A stretch of 64,000 nt of DNA. Origin: Candidatus Zhuqueibacterota bacterium (GTDB taxonomy: Bacteria > Zhuqueibacterota > Zhuqueibacteria > Thermofontimicrobiales > Thermofontimicrobiaceae). Under the pieces are notes generated by a model. The model was not told where the DNA came from and did no database searches. It saw nothing but the letters and a program-made list of their open reading frames with translations. Position 1 is the stretch's first letter, and every line of letters begins with the position of its first letter. Below are positions 1 to 10,006 of the stretch, in pieces. The position numbers and the translations under genes were made by a program. The stretch covers positions 160,001 through 224,000 of the forward strand of contig JBMOPW010000032.1 of the NCBI GenBank assembly GCA_049322915.1. Direction: 5' to 3'.

Positions 1-2
1 TT

Positions 3-149
3 GATGACGGCGCCGTTTTTGATGGCCAATGCTCGATGCAGCAAGATGGCAAAATGCCGTTCGAGCCAAAAGTGAATCCGGTGGCAGGGAAATCAGGGCT
101 GAGCGTTGCAGGAAGCAATCCTGCTTCTACAGAGGAGAAGAAGAAATAA
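3..149 (+). CDS. Bactofilin (polymer-forming cytoskeletal protein), C-terminal fragment
   Basis: Frame 3 reads DDGAVFDGQCSMQQ...EEKKK*, matching the bactofilin C-terminal IxxGAxFxGxCxM motif; 5' end lies outside the window. Confidence 0.75.
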   Translation, partial: DDGAVFDGQCSMQQDGKMPFEPKVNPVAGKSGLSVAGSNPASTEEKKK

Positions 150-185
150 CGCCTCGCTCTCAGATTTATAAATAATCTGTAATAT

Positions 186-267
186 AAATCCTCTCGTGGT
201 TTTCAAGCCATTCGATAGCGGTTATGACGGTCATCGATACTGCGAATTGAAAACCGCGAGAGGATTT
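186..267. repeat. Long inverted repeat (21-bp arms) after the bactofilin gene
   Basis: AAATCCTCTCGTGGTTTTCAA (186-206) pairs with TTGAAAACCGCGAGAGGATTT (247-267) with one G-U. Confidence 0.85.
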
Positions 268-562
268 CTGCATTAGTCTTATTTGAACAATGAGTTAACG
301 TCCCCTTATCTTCAACCTTTATCCTGTCATATTGTTAACAAAAATTTAATCACTTTAAAATCGAAATTAGTTACAAAAAATTCATTGATTTTTTTATAAT
401 ATTATTCTGCATTCTATTACTTGAATTGTACTAAAGAATCAGTATGTCATGCCGAAATAATAGTATCATTTCTCTGCCAGTCTCGTAATTCAAATAAATT
501 ATGGTGATTATGAGAAAAAGGATTCTTTGCTTAGCTATTACAAAAATTTAAAAAAACTTTTA

Positions 563-591
563 TTGACTAACAGGAAAAAAAGTTATATAAT
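563..591 (+). promoter_or_regulatory. Sigma70-type promoter of the TPR/ExbBD operon
   Basis: TTGACT-17 nt-TATAAT, about 60 nt upstream of the ATG at 650. Confidence 0.75.
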
Positions 592-649
592 TAGTAGGTG
601 TTTTGGATAAACATCGCTGTGAAATGTAATATCATTCAAAGAGAAGATT

Positions 650-3553
650 ATGAGAAAGAAGAATATCATTTTAAGTTTTCTTATGTGGATCATGTTTTTT
701 TCGTTCGATGCACCGGGTGTTACAGGGTCGGAACTGCCGGATAAATATAAAAAGGACGATGTGACAATCGATTTTGAATCGCGGTTGCGCTTCTACCTGG
801 ATTTGAAGACCAAACGATTCATGCGAAAGATGGCAGTGAAGGAAGGCGCGTTGCTTGAGATGATACGCAGCGTGACTGATGAAGTTCGCATCCGTGGCAA
901 GGCTGGATTTCTGGATGGCGACCCTGGTTTCAATTTGATCTACGGGAAAAGCAACAAGATTCTGGAAGAATTTGATGCTGAAATTGATTCGATAAAACAT
1001 ATTGTGAAGGAACTCGATAGGTTGGAATTGACCATTCAGCGGATGGAAGATCTCAAACTTTTGAAAGAGCTGGAACAAATCAAAGACCGATTGCTCACTG
1101 TGCTGGATGATCAAAAATTGGCCACAAAACAGTTGACGAAACAGCAAGTGGCCAGTATGATCGATGATTATTCCCATGAAATAAACCGCATCCTGAAAAT
1201 TTACGAGGAGATCGAAACCTTTCAGAAAAAAGCCAGGGGCTATGGTGATACAGAAATCGTGAAACAATTGGATCTGCAGAAACAGCACGTGATTCAAGTG
1301 CTCGAACAGAGTCGTATCGCCGGAACAGCGCCGGAGACAGTTGTCAATAGCTACATTGAGGAGGCGGCTTCAATTGTTGAAATTCTGCAACAGATCGATG
1401 ATCTGAATCAGAAGTTTGGCGTTGATTCGACAGTCAATACAGATGTTGAATCCGTGCGGGATAATATCATCGCCAATGTGGATGAACGCATATTCAAGCT
1501 GTTTGGCTATCAGACCGGGAAAGATTTCAGCGGCGTCACCATCTCTGAACACTTCAACACCTGGAAATCCGAGCGCATTGCCGAATATCAATTGAAGCTC
1601 ACGCAATACCAGATTCTCCGAAAGAGTCTGATTCAGTCCGCGACTCCGCAGGAGCGAAACCGTATGTTGGAGCGCGAGATTACAAACGCTCTGCTCAATT
1701 ACTCTGAAGAGCGATACGAGCTTTCGGAATTATTATTCGCTGATATTTATGAAGCCTATGGCGAATATTTCCCGAATCTCGATGGTGTGATTTTCTACAG
1801 AAGTGAAGCGAATTACGCCAATCATTATTATGATGAAGCTATGGCCGGGTATCAAAAACTTATAACCGATTTCCCCCAATCCCAGTATGTGGGGCAATGT
1901 AACCTGCGGGTGGCAATGATCCATTACACGTATGGCGAGAATAGCCAATTCTTCGATTATTATAATAAGGTCTGGAATTCCACTGGCATAGAACCGGAGG
2001 ATCTGAATAACCTCCACTATCTTGCCGGCTATCTGTACCTGACAGATAGGCGCTTCAAAGACGCAGAAGCTGTTTTGTTGAATATTAAAGAAGATTCAAA
2101 ATACTATATGGCGGCCCAATATTTGCAAGGGATTGTCTTGACGAATCTGGAAAAATTTACCCAGGCAAAGGCAATATTTGAGAAACTGACGGATCAGCAA
2201 AACTATCCGTGGACGGACCTGAATACATCCATCATACGAAATGAGTCGCTTCTGAAATTGGGCTATATTCACTACCAGCATGGAGAATATCAGAAAGCAA
2301 GTCAATATTTCGACATGGTTTCCAAGGGCTACGATAGATATGATTCCAGCTTGTTAGCCAAGGCCTGGACCAATCTCAAAAAGGGCGAGTACGAGAATGC
2401 CATTTCCAACGTGGACTTGATTTGCAACAATTACTTACTCTCAAATTACACGTATGAAGCCCTGGTGTTATCGGCGCATTGCAAGCGTATTCAGAATCGG
2501 ACTGATGAAGCGATCAAGGATTTTCAATATGTGACCAATGCAAAGTATATCCTCAACCAGGTTCAGGAATATAACAAAGAGCGCGAGCATATTTTACAGC
2601 AATTGGATGAACTGGAAGTCCTCGAAGAGGATATTTTTGAACATCAAAATCAGCGTCTCTATCCCGAAGTCGTTCGAATCCGGGATGTGATCAATGACGC
2701 CCTGGTTGCTTTTCGGTTTCGAGGCGCAGCGAGCAGCCGGATGTTGGAGGGATACAACGACGAGCGCAAAATTCTCATTCGTCAGATTGAGGAATTTGAG
2801 CGAATCATTGAAATAGCTGATGCTGAAGGCGATGAAGAAATGAAGAAAGATGCCCTCCAACAAAAGAAACGTCTGGTTGCAGCGTTGGAAAATTTTCAGA
2901 CAGAAGAGTCTGTCTCTGGCGCCGAATATTTCATGGATTATCCTCTGGCCACCAAAGAGGGTGGTATTATTTACCGTCGCGGTATTGTGCAGAAATTATT
3001 GAGTGAACTGCTGGTAGAGAAACAGCGGGTTCAGGACGATCTGATCATAGTTTCGGAATTGATGTCCATCAATGAGGATAAACCGCGCATGGATGCGGCA
3101 ATTGATTTGGAGATAATTGAAGAAGAATTGCACGACTTGCAAAATCAATTGAATCAGTTTCAGGTGTATTTAGCCAATCACCAGGTCGAGCAGATTCACA
3201 CAAATGCAGAGCATTGGGCCGACCTCTCAGGATTTGGCTTGAGTGATTTGAACTATATGTCATATCACGAGAGAACCAAAAAGATATCCAGCTATTCAAA
3301 AAACCTCAATGAGATTGATGCGGTATTAGGCCAAAAAAGAAAGAGTCTGGAGGAGCGGATTTGGCGGTTTGACAATGAAGTGAAGAAGATACAGAAGGAG
3401 ATGGAAGCGGAAAAGACACGGCTGGAAAAATTAGAGAAAGAAAAATATTTCCAGGAAATCTATTTCGAGACGAAATCGAATGAAATTGATCTTCAGACAA
3501 ATGAGGAGTTTGAGGAGTTGAACTTCGAGAATGAAAGTGGGAAGAAATTTTAA
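650..3553 (+). CDS. Exported TPR/coiled-coil protein, GltC-like
   Basis: 967 aa; signal-peptide-like N-terminus; central TPR repeats (LKLGYIHYQHGEY...SLLAKAWT...YEALVLSAHC); long coiled coils on both sides. Confidence 0.75.
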   Translation: MRKKNIILSFLMWIMFFSFDAPGVTGSELPDKYKKDDVTIDFESRLRFYLDLKTKRFMRKMAVKEGALLEMIRSVTDEVRIRGKAGFLDGDPGFNLIYGKSNKILEEFDAEIDSIKHIVKELDRLELTIQRMEDLKLLKELEQIKDRLLTVLDDQKLATKQLTKQQVASMIDDYSHEINRILKIYEEIETFQKKARGYGDTEIVKQLDLQKQHVIQVLEQSRIAGTAPETVVNSYIEEAASIVEILQQIDDLNQKFGVDSTVNTDVESVRDNIIANVDERIFKLFGYQTGKDFSGVTISEHFNTWKSERIAEYQLKLTQYQILRKSLIQSATPQERNRMLEREITNALLNYSEERYELSELLFADIYEAYGEYFPNLDGVIFYRSEANYANHYYDEAMAGYQKLITDFPQSQYVGQCNLRVAMIHYTYGENSQFFDYYNKVWNSTGIEPEDLNNLHYLAGYLYLTDRRFKDAEAVLLNIKEDSKYYMAAQYLQGIVLTNLEKFTQAKAIFEKLTDQQNYPWTDLNTSIIRNESLLKLGYIHYQHGEYQKASQYFDMVSKGYDRYDSSLLAKAWTNLKKGEYENAISNVDLICNNYLLSNYTYEALVLSAHCKRIQNRTDEAIKDFQYVTNAKYILNQVQEYNKEREHILQQLDELEVLEEDIFEHQNQRLYPEVVRIRDVINDALVAFRFRGAASSRMLEGYNDERKILIRQIEEFERIIEIADAEGDEEMKKDALQQKKRLVAALENFQTEESVSGAEYFMDYPLATKEGGIIYRRGIVQKLLSELLVEKQRVQDDLIIVSELMSINEDKPRMDAAIDLEIIEEELHDLQNQLNQFQVYLANHQVEQIHTNAEHWADLSGFGLSDLNYMSYHERTKKISSYSKNLNEIDAVLGQKRKSLEERIWRFDNEVKKIQKEMEAEKTRLEKLEKEKYFQEIYFETKSNEIDLQTNEEFEELNFENESGKKF

Positions 3554-3583
3554 ATCAGGATGTTCACCTGATAGGGAAGGGAA

Positions 3584-6500
3584 ATGAAGAAGATAATTTT
3601 AATTGGCCTGTTTTTGGGGATGTTATTTTCGAGCCAACGGTGTTTTTCGCAACAGGAACCGCAAGAGGAAGGTCAGAAAAAAGCCGCGGTCGATTCGCTG
3701 ATCGATTCGTACTCGGTCGAGGATATTCTTAAATACCGGGAATACTATCAAAAACAGATCGAAAATATCACGGCTGAAAAGGTTGAGTTGCGCAAAAAGG
3801 GAATTCGCGATGCAGAAAAATTCCTTGAAAATAATCCGAATAGCAAGGTTCTGGATAAAGTGATGATGCGACTAGCCGAGTTGTATTATGAAGACGCCGA
3901 GGAGGAATTCATTCAGCAGATGCAGGCGTATGATCTGAAGTTAGAAGAGCTTGGCGATGCGCCAGCAGATACCACCCTTACGGAACCGGTAAAAAATTAT
4001 TCCAAGGCGTTAGGTCTGTACCAAATCATCATTGATGAATATCAACATAGCGAATTGTTAGACGATGCCTTATATAACAAAGCGTTCATCCTGGAGGAAA
4101 CGGGAAAAATTCAGGAAGCACTGACGATTTACAATTCAATCATCGCAGAATTCCAGGACAGTCGTTATGTACCCGAGTGTCTGATGCGAATTGCTGAGTA
4201 TTATTTCAATCCCCCAAAGAATGATATTGATACCGCCATCGACTATTATAAAAAAATTCTGGAATATAAAGATAGTCCCAAATATGACGAAGCCTTATAT
4301 CGTTTGGGCTGGTGCTATTATCGAAAGAGCGACTATCCTCTGGCAGTATCCTACTTCACCATTTTAGCTGACGATGTGCAGCGCGCCGGAGAGATCGATC
4401 CGGAGCAAAAGTTCTCCAATCCGGTGTTGCGCGATGAATCCATTGAATACATTGGTATCAGTTTTCTGGATTATGGCGGAACCGATCGGGCTGTGGATTA
4501 CCTGAATAGCATCGGCGGTCGTGACTATGGCGTGGATATTTTGAAGAAAATAGGCGATGTCTATTTGAACGAAAAGGAAATGTACGATCAGGCGGTTCAG
4601 GCTTATCAGACCTTGTTGAAGATGTACCCAGAAGATAAAGAAGCTCCGTTCATCCAGGATAAAATTGTGCTTTGCTACCGTCATCAGAATGATGATATGA
4701 TGGCCTACGTTGCCCGGGATAAACTATTCAACCATTACAAGCCGGGCAGCCCCTGGTGGCAGAATCAGCAAGATGAAACAATGAAGGAGAAAGTTTATGG
4801 TATAACGGAGCGTTCGTTACGCGATAATATCAATCTCCTTTTTCAACGCGCAGAAGCCGCCAATGATCAGGATCTGTACTTGCAGGCTGTCAACGATAGC
4901 CGGAAATATCTGAAATCGTTTGCCTCAGACAGCAGCGCGCCGCAAATTCATTGGAACATGGCGCTGACTCTGGATACCAAGCTGCATCAAACCGATGAAG
5001 CGTTTGAAGAGTACATGAAGATTTCCGATCTTTACTGGGGCAGCAAGTATCAAAAATATTCTGCTGAAAATTCCATCGCCCTGGCCAAAGATGCAGTGGA
5101 AACAGATACTTCGAAAAAGCAGATAGCGTCGGGAGAGACGGTCGCGGACTTGCAGAAAAAGGCCAGCAGTGTGCTGGAAGCGCTGGACTACGATCGCATG
5201 GAGTTCAGCGAGTACGAGAAGAAGTTATTGAGAGCTTATAATAATTATATCAAATTATTCCCCCATGAACCTGAGACCGCAACCATTCTGGCGAATGCCG
5301 GCGCTTTGAATTACAACAACAACCGGTTCCCGGAAGCGCTGCGGTATTTCAATACCATCATCAAACATTTCCCGGATAGCAAAGATGTGGATTACGCAAA
5401 ATACACCATCATGGAAAGTTATTTCGGGAAACGCGATTTTAAGAGCGCGGAAATCATCGCCAGAAATTTGAAGAACACCGAAGGCATCGATGCGAGTCTG
5501 GCGGATAAAGCGAAGAACCGATTGGCCGAATCCATTTTCCTCGCAGCAGAAGTGTTCGCAGATTCGGCGGATCATCTGCAGGCTGGCAATGAATATCTTC
5601 GCGTGGTCATGGAAGTCCCCAATGCAGAGTTTGCTGATCTGAGCGTTTTCAACGCGGCGCTGGAATATGACAAGGCCAAAGAATTCAGTCGCGCCGTGGA
5701 GACGTACAATTATCTGATCGAGACGCGACCCAATTCAAAATATCTGCTGGATGCCATGAATAACCTAGCCATCGATTACGGAGAACTGAAGGAATTCAAA
5801 AACGCGGCCCTGACGTATGAACGATTGGCGAATGCTGCCAAGGATTCCGCCCGGACCCACGATGCTTTATTCAATTCCAGCCTGTTCTTCGTGAAAGCGG
5901 AAGAATGGGAAGATGCCATTCGCATCAACCGGCAGTTTGTCCAGAAATATCCAAAGTCACAGGACGCCGATGATTTATTTTACGACATTGCCACTTATTA
6001 TTTGAAACTGGATGATCTGGATAAGGCAAATTCCCTCTATGGCGAATACGCCCAGTTATATCCCAATTCACCGCGCGTGATTGAAACATATTTCCATCGC
6101 GGTGAATATTATCGCAACAAGGACCTTCAGGCCCTGGCAAAGGGTGAATACGAAAAGGCAGTGGCCAAGAATACCGAATTTAAATCAAAGAATCTAGAGC
6201 AAAATGATTACTTCGCTGCAGAAGCGCTGTTTCAGTTAACACTACTGCATTTCGGTGAATTCAAAGCCATCGAATTCCAATTGCCGGTCGCGAAGATGGA
6301 ACAATCAAAATCACAAAAGCGGGGATTATTGATTAAGGTAGTGGATGGATTCACGCAGGTCGCGACGTTTGGAACGCTCCGATTGTACGAAGCAACATTT
6401 TATATCGGCGAGACCTATGATGAATTCGCCCGGTGCTGGGTGCGGCAGGAAATTCCTCAGATGGATGAAACCCGGCGCATCGTTACTCAGAAGGAAATCA

Positions 6501-8224
6501 ATAAAACCACGGCTGATCTGTACGAGAAAGCAGAGGAGTCCTACAAGCAAGCCGTGAGAATTCTGTCCCGCCTGGCGGATGAATATGAGCAGTCTCTGAT
6601 GACCGATTCGACAGCGCTGGCAGAAAACGAACTGACAAAGGTTGTTCGGGAAGATAGTACCCTGCGCGTGGCGCGCAAGTGGATCGATCGGAGCAAGGAG
6701 AAAATTTCCGAAGTCATTTATGATATTGCAGAGCTCAATTTTACTTCGGTGAATGGTTTTCTGGAAGCGCCCATTCCGGAAGGGCTGGATAATGTCGCTG
6801 AAATGGAGTACAGAAAACAAGTGCTGAGCAAAGCCATTGCTCCCTTGATTCAGGAAATTGTCGATGCCCATGTCCGCAATGTTCGCGAGGGCTGGAACCT
6901 GGGACTGGAAAACCAGTGGGTGAAATTATCCCGGCGTAAAATTCTCACGACAAGCAATTTGCTGGCATCCGAATATTATTCCTTGGCTGAGAAGTCACTC
7001 AGGCTGTACCGCGAGAGTTCAGAAAATTATATCAAAACGACCCAACAGGGTGGCTCCGCCGAAGGCCTGGATGCGACGACACTCTCGGATCAAATGGCAA
7101 ACCTGATCGACTTTACGCGGGCGTTTTCTGCGGTGACCGTTGAGATGTATCGAAAGACGCTGGAAAGGGCCGTTGAAGAGAATATCAACGATCCGAGTGT
7201 CTCTGAGACGAAAGAAATCATGCTAAAGGACCTTTATACGATCAGTCAGGAGTGCAGCGAACTTGAAAAAACCTGTCGGAACAATCGTAAGAATTATGAA
7301 AAGCAGTTCAAAGAGACTGATAAAATCGAATATGAAGATGCGCTGTTCACATACGAGGATAATTATTTTGCCTTCAGAGAGGCCAATAAGGAATTGTTGG
7401 AATTGGGCTACCAGATTGCACAGGACATGGAAATATCCAATCAGTGGGTTCCCAAAATTGTGCTGGCTCTGGTTCAGGCTAATCCCGAGGAATATGGCAA
7501 TCTGCTGAACCTGGAAGCGTCCACGACCCAGCATGCCACCAATGATAGCTGGAAAGCGACGACCCAATACACCGAGGGATGGACGCAACTCGAATTCAAT
7601 GACATCGACTGGTATACTGTTCAGCAGAAGTCGGGTGTGTTCCAGAATGCCGGCGAGGCGGATGTCGTTTGGCTTTCCGAGGTGGATACGACCGGGGTGG
7701 AATACGATACAACCGTAGTAACGGTACCAGTGATGACCGATACTTCCCTGAACGCCGAAGTTTTACCGGACTCATCGCTCAGCGACTCCAGCCGACTGGC
7801 TAACGAGACAAAATACGTTGTGACCACACGACACTGTATGGAGAATATCCCGGCGCGTCGGGTATTTTTCAGAAAGAAATTTTCTGTTACGGGTTTGCCG
7901 GTTTCTGCCGATATAAAAATAAAAGTGGATGATTCCTACAACTTGTTTTTGAACGGAGAATATGTGGCGGCGTTTGCCCAGGAAGACACGATGTCGGTGG
8001 ATCAGGAGCATTTTCATGAACTGACTGAAATTCTCGTCGAAGGCGATAATGTGCTGGCCATTGAGGGAATTGATAATAACGCCACCGGAGGTGGATTGGT
8101 AGCAGCGGTCTCGGTGAAAGCATTGCCGGAATGGAATGATAAAAAGCAGCAAATACAGATTGAGACAAGTGATATAAAAATTAAAAAGAATCTGGTGATG
8201 GATAAATACATTATCATGTATTAA
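3584..8224 (+). CDS. Giant exported TPR protein, GltD/AgmU-like, with C-terminal beta-sandwich (glycan-binding-like) domain
   Basis: 1546 aa; signal peptide; many TPRs (MRLAELYYE, RIAEYYF, ALYRLGWCYY); C-terminal FFRKKF...VDDSYNLFLNG...GDNVLAIEG. Confidence 0.75.
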   Translation: MKKIILIGLFLGMLFSSQRCFSQQEPQEEGQKKAAVDSLIDSYSVEDILKYREYYQKQIENITAEKVELRKKGIRDAEKFLENNPNSKVLDKVMMRLAELYYEDAEEEFIQQMQAYDLKLEELGDAPADTTLTEPVKNYSKALGLYQIIIDEYQHSELLDDALYNKAFILEETGKIQEALTIYNSIIAEFQDSRYVPECLMRIAEYYFNPPKNDIDTAIDYYKKILEYKDSPKYDEALYRLGWCYYRKSDYPLAVSYFTILADDVQRAGEIDPEQKFSNPVLRDESIEYIGISFLDYGGTDRAVDYLNSIGGRDYGVDILKKIGDVYLNEKEMYDQAVQAYQTLLKMYPEDKEAPFIQDKIVLCYRHQNDDMMAYVARDKLFNHYKPGSPWWQNQQDETMKEKVYGITERSLRDNINLLFQRAEAANDQDLYLQAVNDSRKYLKSFASDSSAPQIHWNMALTLDTKLHQTDEAFEEYMKISDLYWGSKYQKYSAENSIALAKDAVETDTSKKQIASGETVADLQKKASSVLEALDYDRMEFSEYEKKLLRAYNNYIKLFPHEPETATILANAGALNYNNNRFPEALRYFNTIIKHFPDSKDVDYAKYTIMESYFGKRDFKSAEIIARNLKNTEGIDASLADKAKNRLAESIFLAAEVFADSADHLQAGNEYLRVVMEVPNAEFADLSVFNAALEYDKAKEFSRAVETYNYLIETRPNSKYLLDAMNNLAIDYGELKEFKNAALTYERLANAAKDSARTHDALFNSSLFFVKAEEWEDAIRINRQFVQKYPKSQDADDLFYDIATYYLKLDDLDKANSLYGEYAQLYPNSPRVIETYFHRGEYYRNKDLQALAKGEYEKAVAKNTEFKSKNLEQNDYFAAEALFQLTLLHFGEFKAIEFQLPVAKMEQSKSQKRGLLIKVVDGFTQVATFGTLRLYEATFYIGETYDEFARCWVRQEIPQMDETRRIVTQKEINKTTADLYEKAEESYKQAVRILSRLADEYEQSLMTDSTALAENELTKVVREDSTLRVARKWIDRSKEKISEVIYDIAELNFTSVNGFLEAPIPEGLDNVAEMEYRKQVLSKAIAPLIQEIVDAHVRNVREGWNLGLENQWVKLSRRKILTTSNLLASEYYSLAEKSLRLYRESSENYIKTTQQGGSAEGLDATTLSDQMANLIDFTRAFSAVTVEMYRKTLERAVEENINDPSVSETKEIMLKDLYTISQECSELEKTCRNNRKNYEKQFKETDKIEYEDALFTYEDNYFAFREANKELLELGYQIAQDMEISNQWVPKIVLALVQANPEEYGNLLNLEASTTQHATNDSWKATTQYTEGWTQLEFNDIDWYTVQQKSGVFQNAGEADVVWLSEVDTTGVEYDTTVVTVPVMTDTSLNAEVLPDSSLSDSSRLANETKYVVTTRHCMENIPARRVFFRKKFSVTGLPVSADIKIKVDDSYNLFLNGEYVAAFAQEDTMSVDQEHFHELTEILVEGDNVLAIEGIDNNATGGGLVAAVSVKALPEWNDKKQQIQIETSDIKIKKNLVMDKYIIMY

Positions 8225-8237
8225 GAGGTGGTGTTTC

Positions 8238-8657
8238 ATGACTCGATGGAAAAAAGGAACATGGATTTTTTATGCTGCGTGGCTGTGCGTTTGTTCACCC
8301 GTAATAGTCACGGCCCAGGTAAGCAATCAGAATGCCAGTTCGGTCAATTCAGCCCGGGCAAAACAGGATTCAACGCTGCGCGTTATGGCTGATTCACTGG
8401 CATCATTGGGTGATGAAATTGAACTGCTGGAAATCAGCATCGAAGCTGTGATCGAAAAACCTCGAGTGTCAATTCTTCCGAAACGAGTCGAACCGGCATT
8501 AGGCGAGATGGATTTCGTTGACCGGTCCTTTGAAAGCGAACTGAAGCAGGTTCCTGATAAGCCCATGGTAACGGATGAACGTCTCTACACACCAAAGAAA
8601 ATTGAAAATCTTAAAGCGAAACTTCTTTCAAAGAAGAGAGAATTGGAGAAAAAGTAA
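8238..8657 (+). CDS. Small exported protein, GltF/CglF-like
   Basis: Signal peptide; IELLEISIEAVIEKPRVSILPKR...DRSF resembles the CglF IxIEGxxxKP...R pattern; lies between the TPR and motor genes. Confidence 0.55.
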   Translation: MTRWKKGTWIFYAAWLCVCSPVIVTAQVSNQNASSVNSARAKQDSTLRVMADSLASLGDEIELLEISIEAVIEKPRVSILPKRVEPALGEMDFVDRSFESELKQVPDKPMVTDERLYTPKKIENLKAKLLSKKRELEKK

Positions 8658-8813
8658 AGTTCTAAAACACGAGAAAGACCTTCCCTTTTCATTTTGAGAA
8701 ATTCAGTCAGCATGAATAACAACCGTGGAGAAATTTCCAGGGGAGGTCTTTCTATTTTAATCAGTTAACAAAGAAATAATTTACATGTAACTTAAATCAA
8801 TGATGGAGGTAGT

Positions 8814-9467
8814 ATGATTGGTGAAGTATTAAAAGGGTTTGCCACCACAGAGATGGGATGGGGATTCATGTGGGTCCTCTTGCTTTTCTTCATCGTTATG
8901 GTTGCTGTTGCCATTGAACGTGCGTATTACATCATGGTGCGGTCCAATATCAACGCGCCGCGATTCATGTCCGAGATTCGGAAGTTGGTGAAAGCCGGCG
9001 ATTACAAGAAAGCATTGTCCCTGTGCAGTTCCGCCCGGAACAAAGCTCTGGCCCAGGTTGTAGCTGCTGGTTTGAAAAAAGTGAGCGAAAGTGAAACGAT
9101 TGATTTTCGCTCCATTCAGAATTCGGTGGATGAAGGCACTCTGGAAGTGATTCCCAAGCTTCAGGATAGGACGTCCTATCTGGCAATGATTGCCAACATT
9201 GCAACACTGACCGGTCTGATGGGAACCATCTATGGCCTCATCGGAGCATTCAGAGCGGTATCAGCGCCTGGAATCGATGCCACTGAAAAATCCCGAATGC
9301 TGGCTTCGGGTATTGCAGTTGCTATGAACACAACACTGGTGGGTCTGGCAATTGCGATTCCAGCCATTCTTATTTACACGTATTTGCAGAGCAAGACTGT
9401 AAAAATCATCGATGAAATCGATGAGCATACGGTGAAGTTAATTAACCTAATTACAGGGAATCAATAA
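8814..9467 (+). CDS. MotA/TolQ/ExbB proton channel protein (AglR-like)
   Basis: Three TM segments; ANIATLTGLMGTIYGLI and GIAVAMNTTLVGL motifs; GGAGG RBS. Confidence 0.92.
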   Translation: MIGEVLKGFATTEMGWGFMWVLLLFFIVMVAVAIERAYYIMVRSNINAPRFMSEIRKLVKAGDYKKALSLCSSARNKALAQVVAAGLKKVSESETIDFRSIQNSVDEGTLEVIPKLQDRTSYLAMIANIATLTGLMGTIYGLIGAFRAVSAPGIDATEKSRMLASGIAVAMNTTLVGLAIAIPAILIYTYLQSKTVKIIDEIDEHTVKLINLITGNQ

Positions 9468-9469
9468 CA

Positions 9470-10006
9470 ATGGCTTTCAGACCTTCATTCAGAAGAAATG
9501 TAACTCAAGAGGAAGCGGAATTAAATATGACTCCGGTGATGAATTTAATGGTCTGTCTCATCCCATTACTTCTCACATCGGCTCAATTCATAAAAATTGG
9601 GATCATCGATTTGAATTTGCCGCCAGCCATTGGCGCTTCAGTGAGTCAGATGGAAGCGCCAAAAGAGACCGAGAAAAAGTTGGATCTGGCTGTGACCATT
9701 ACAGATGAAGGCTTTTTTATCTCAAGTTCCCTTGCTATTTTACGAGGGAGTGAGGGCGAAGGGCCTTCCATTCCGTTGATGACAGATGGCGAATACAATT
9801 TTGTGGAGTTATCCAATAAGTTATATGAATTGAAGCGCAAGGCGATTGGTAACTTCTCGGATACGGAGAAAATTGTCATTCAGGCAGAACCGGAAATTAA
9901 TTACCAACTGGTAGTGAATACGCTGGATGCCGCCCGTAACATTTCGGTGGAAGGGAAAACTTTCTCACTGTTTCCGGAAGTATCTCTGGCCGCTGGAGTC
10001 ATTTAA
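9470..10006 (+). CDS. ExbD/TolR family protein (AglQ-like), TM Asp replaced by Asn
   Basis: ELNMTPVMNLMVCLIPLLL TM; IVIQAEPEINYQLVVNTLDAAR periplasmic motif. Confidence 0.88.
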   Translation: MAFRPSFRRNVTQEEAELNMTPVMNLMVCLIPLLLTSAQFIKIGIIDLNLPPAIGASVSQMEAPKETEKKLDLAVTITDEGFFISSSLAILRGSEGEGPSIPLMTDGEYNFVELSNKLYELKRKAIGNFSDTEKIVIQAEPEINYQLVVNTLDAARNISVEGKTFSLFPEVSLAAGVI

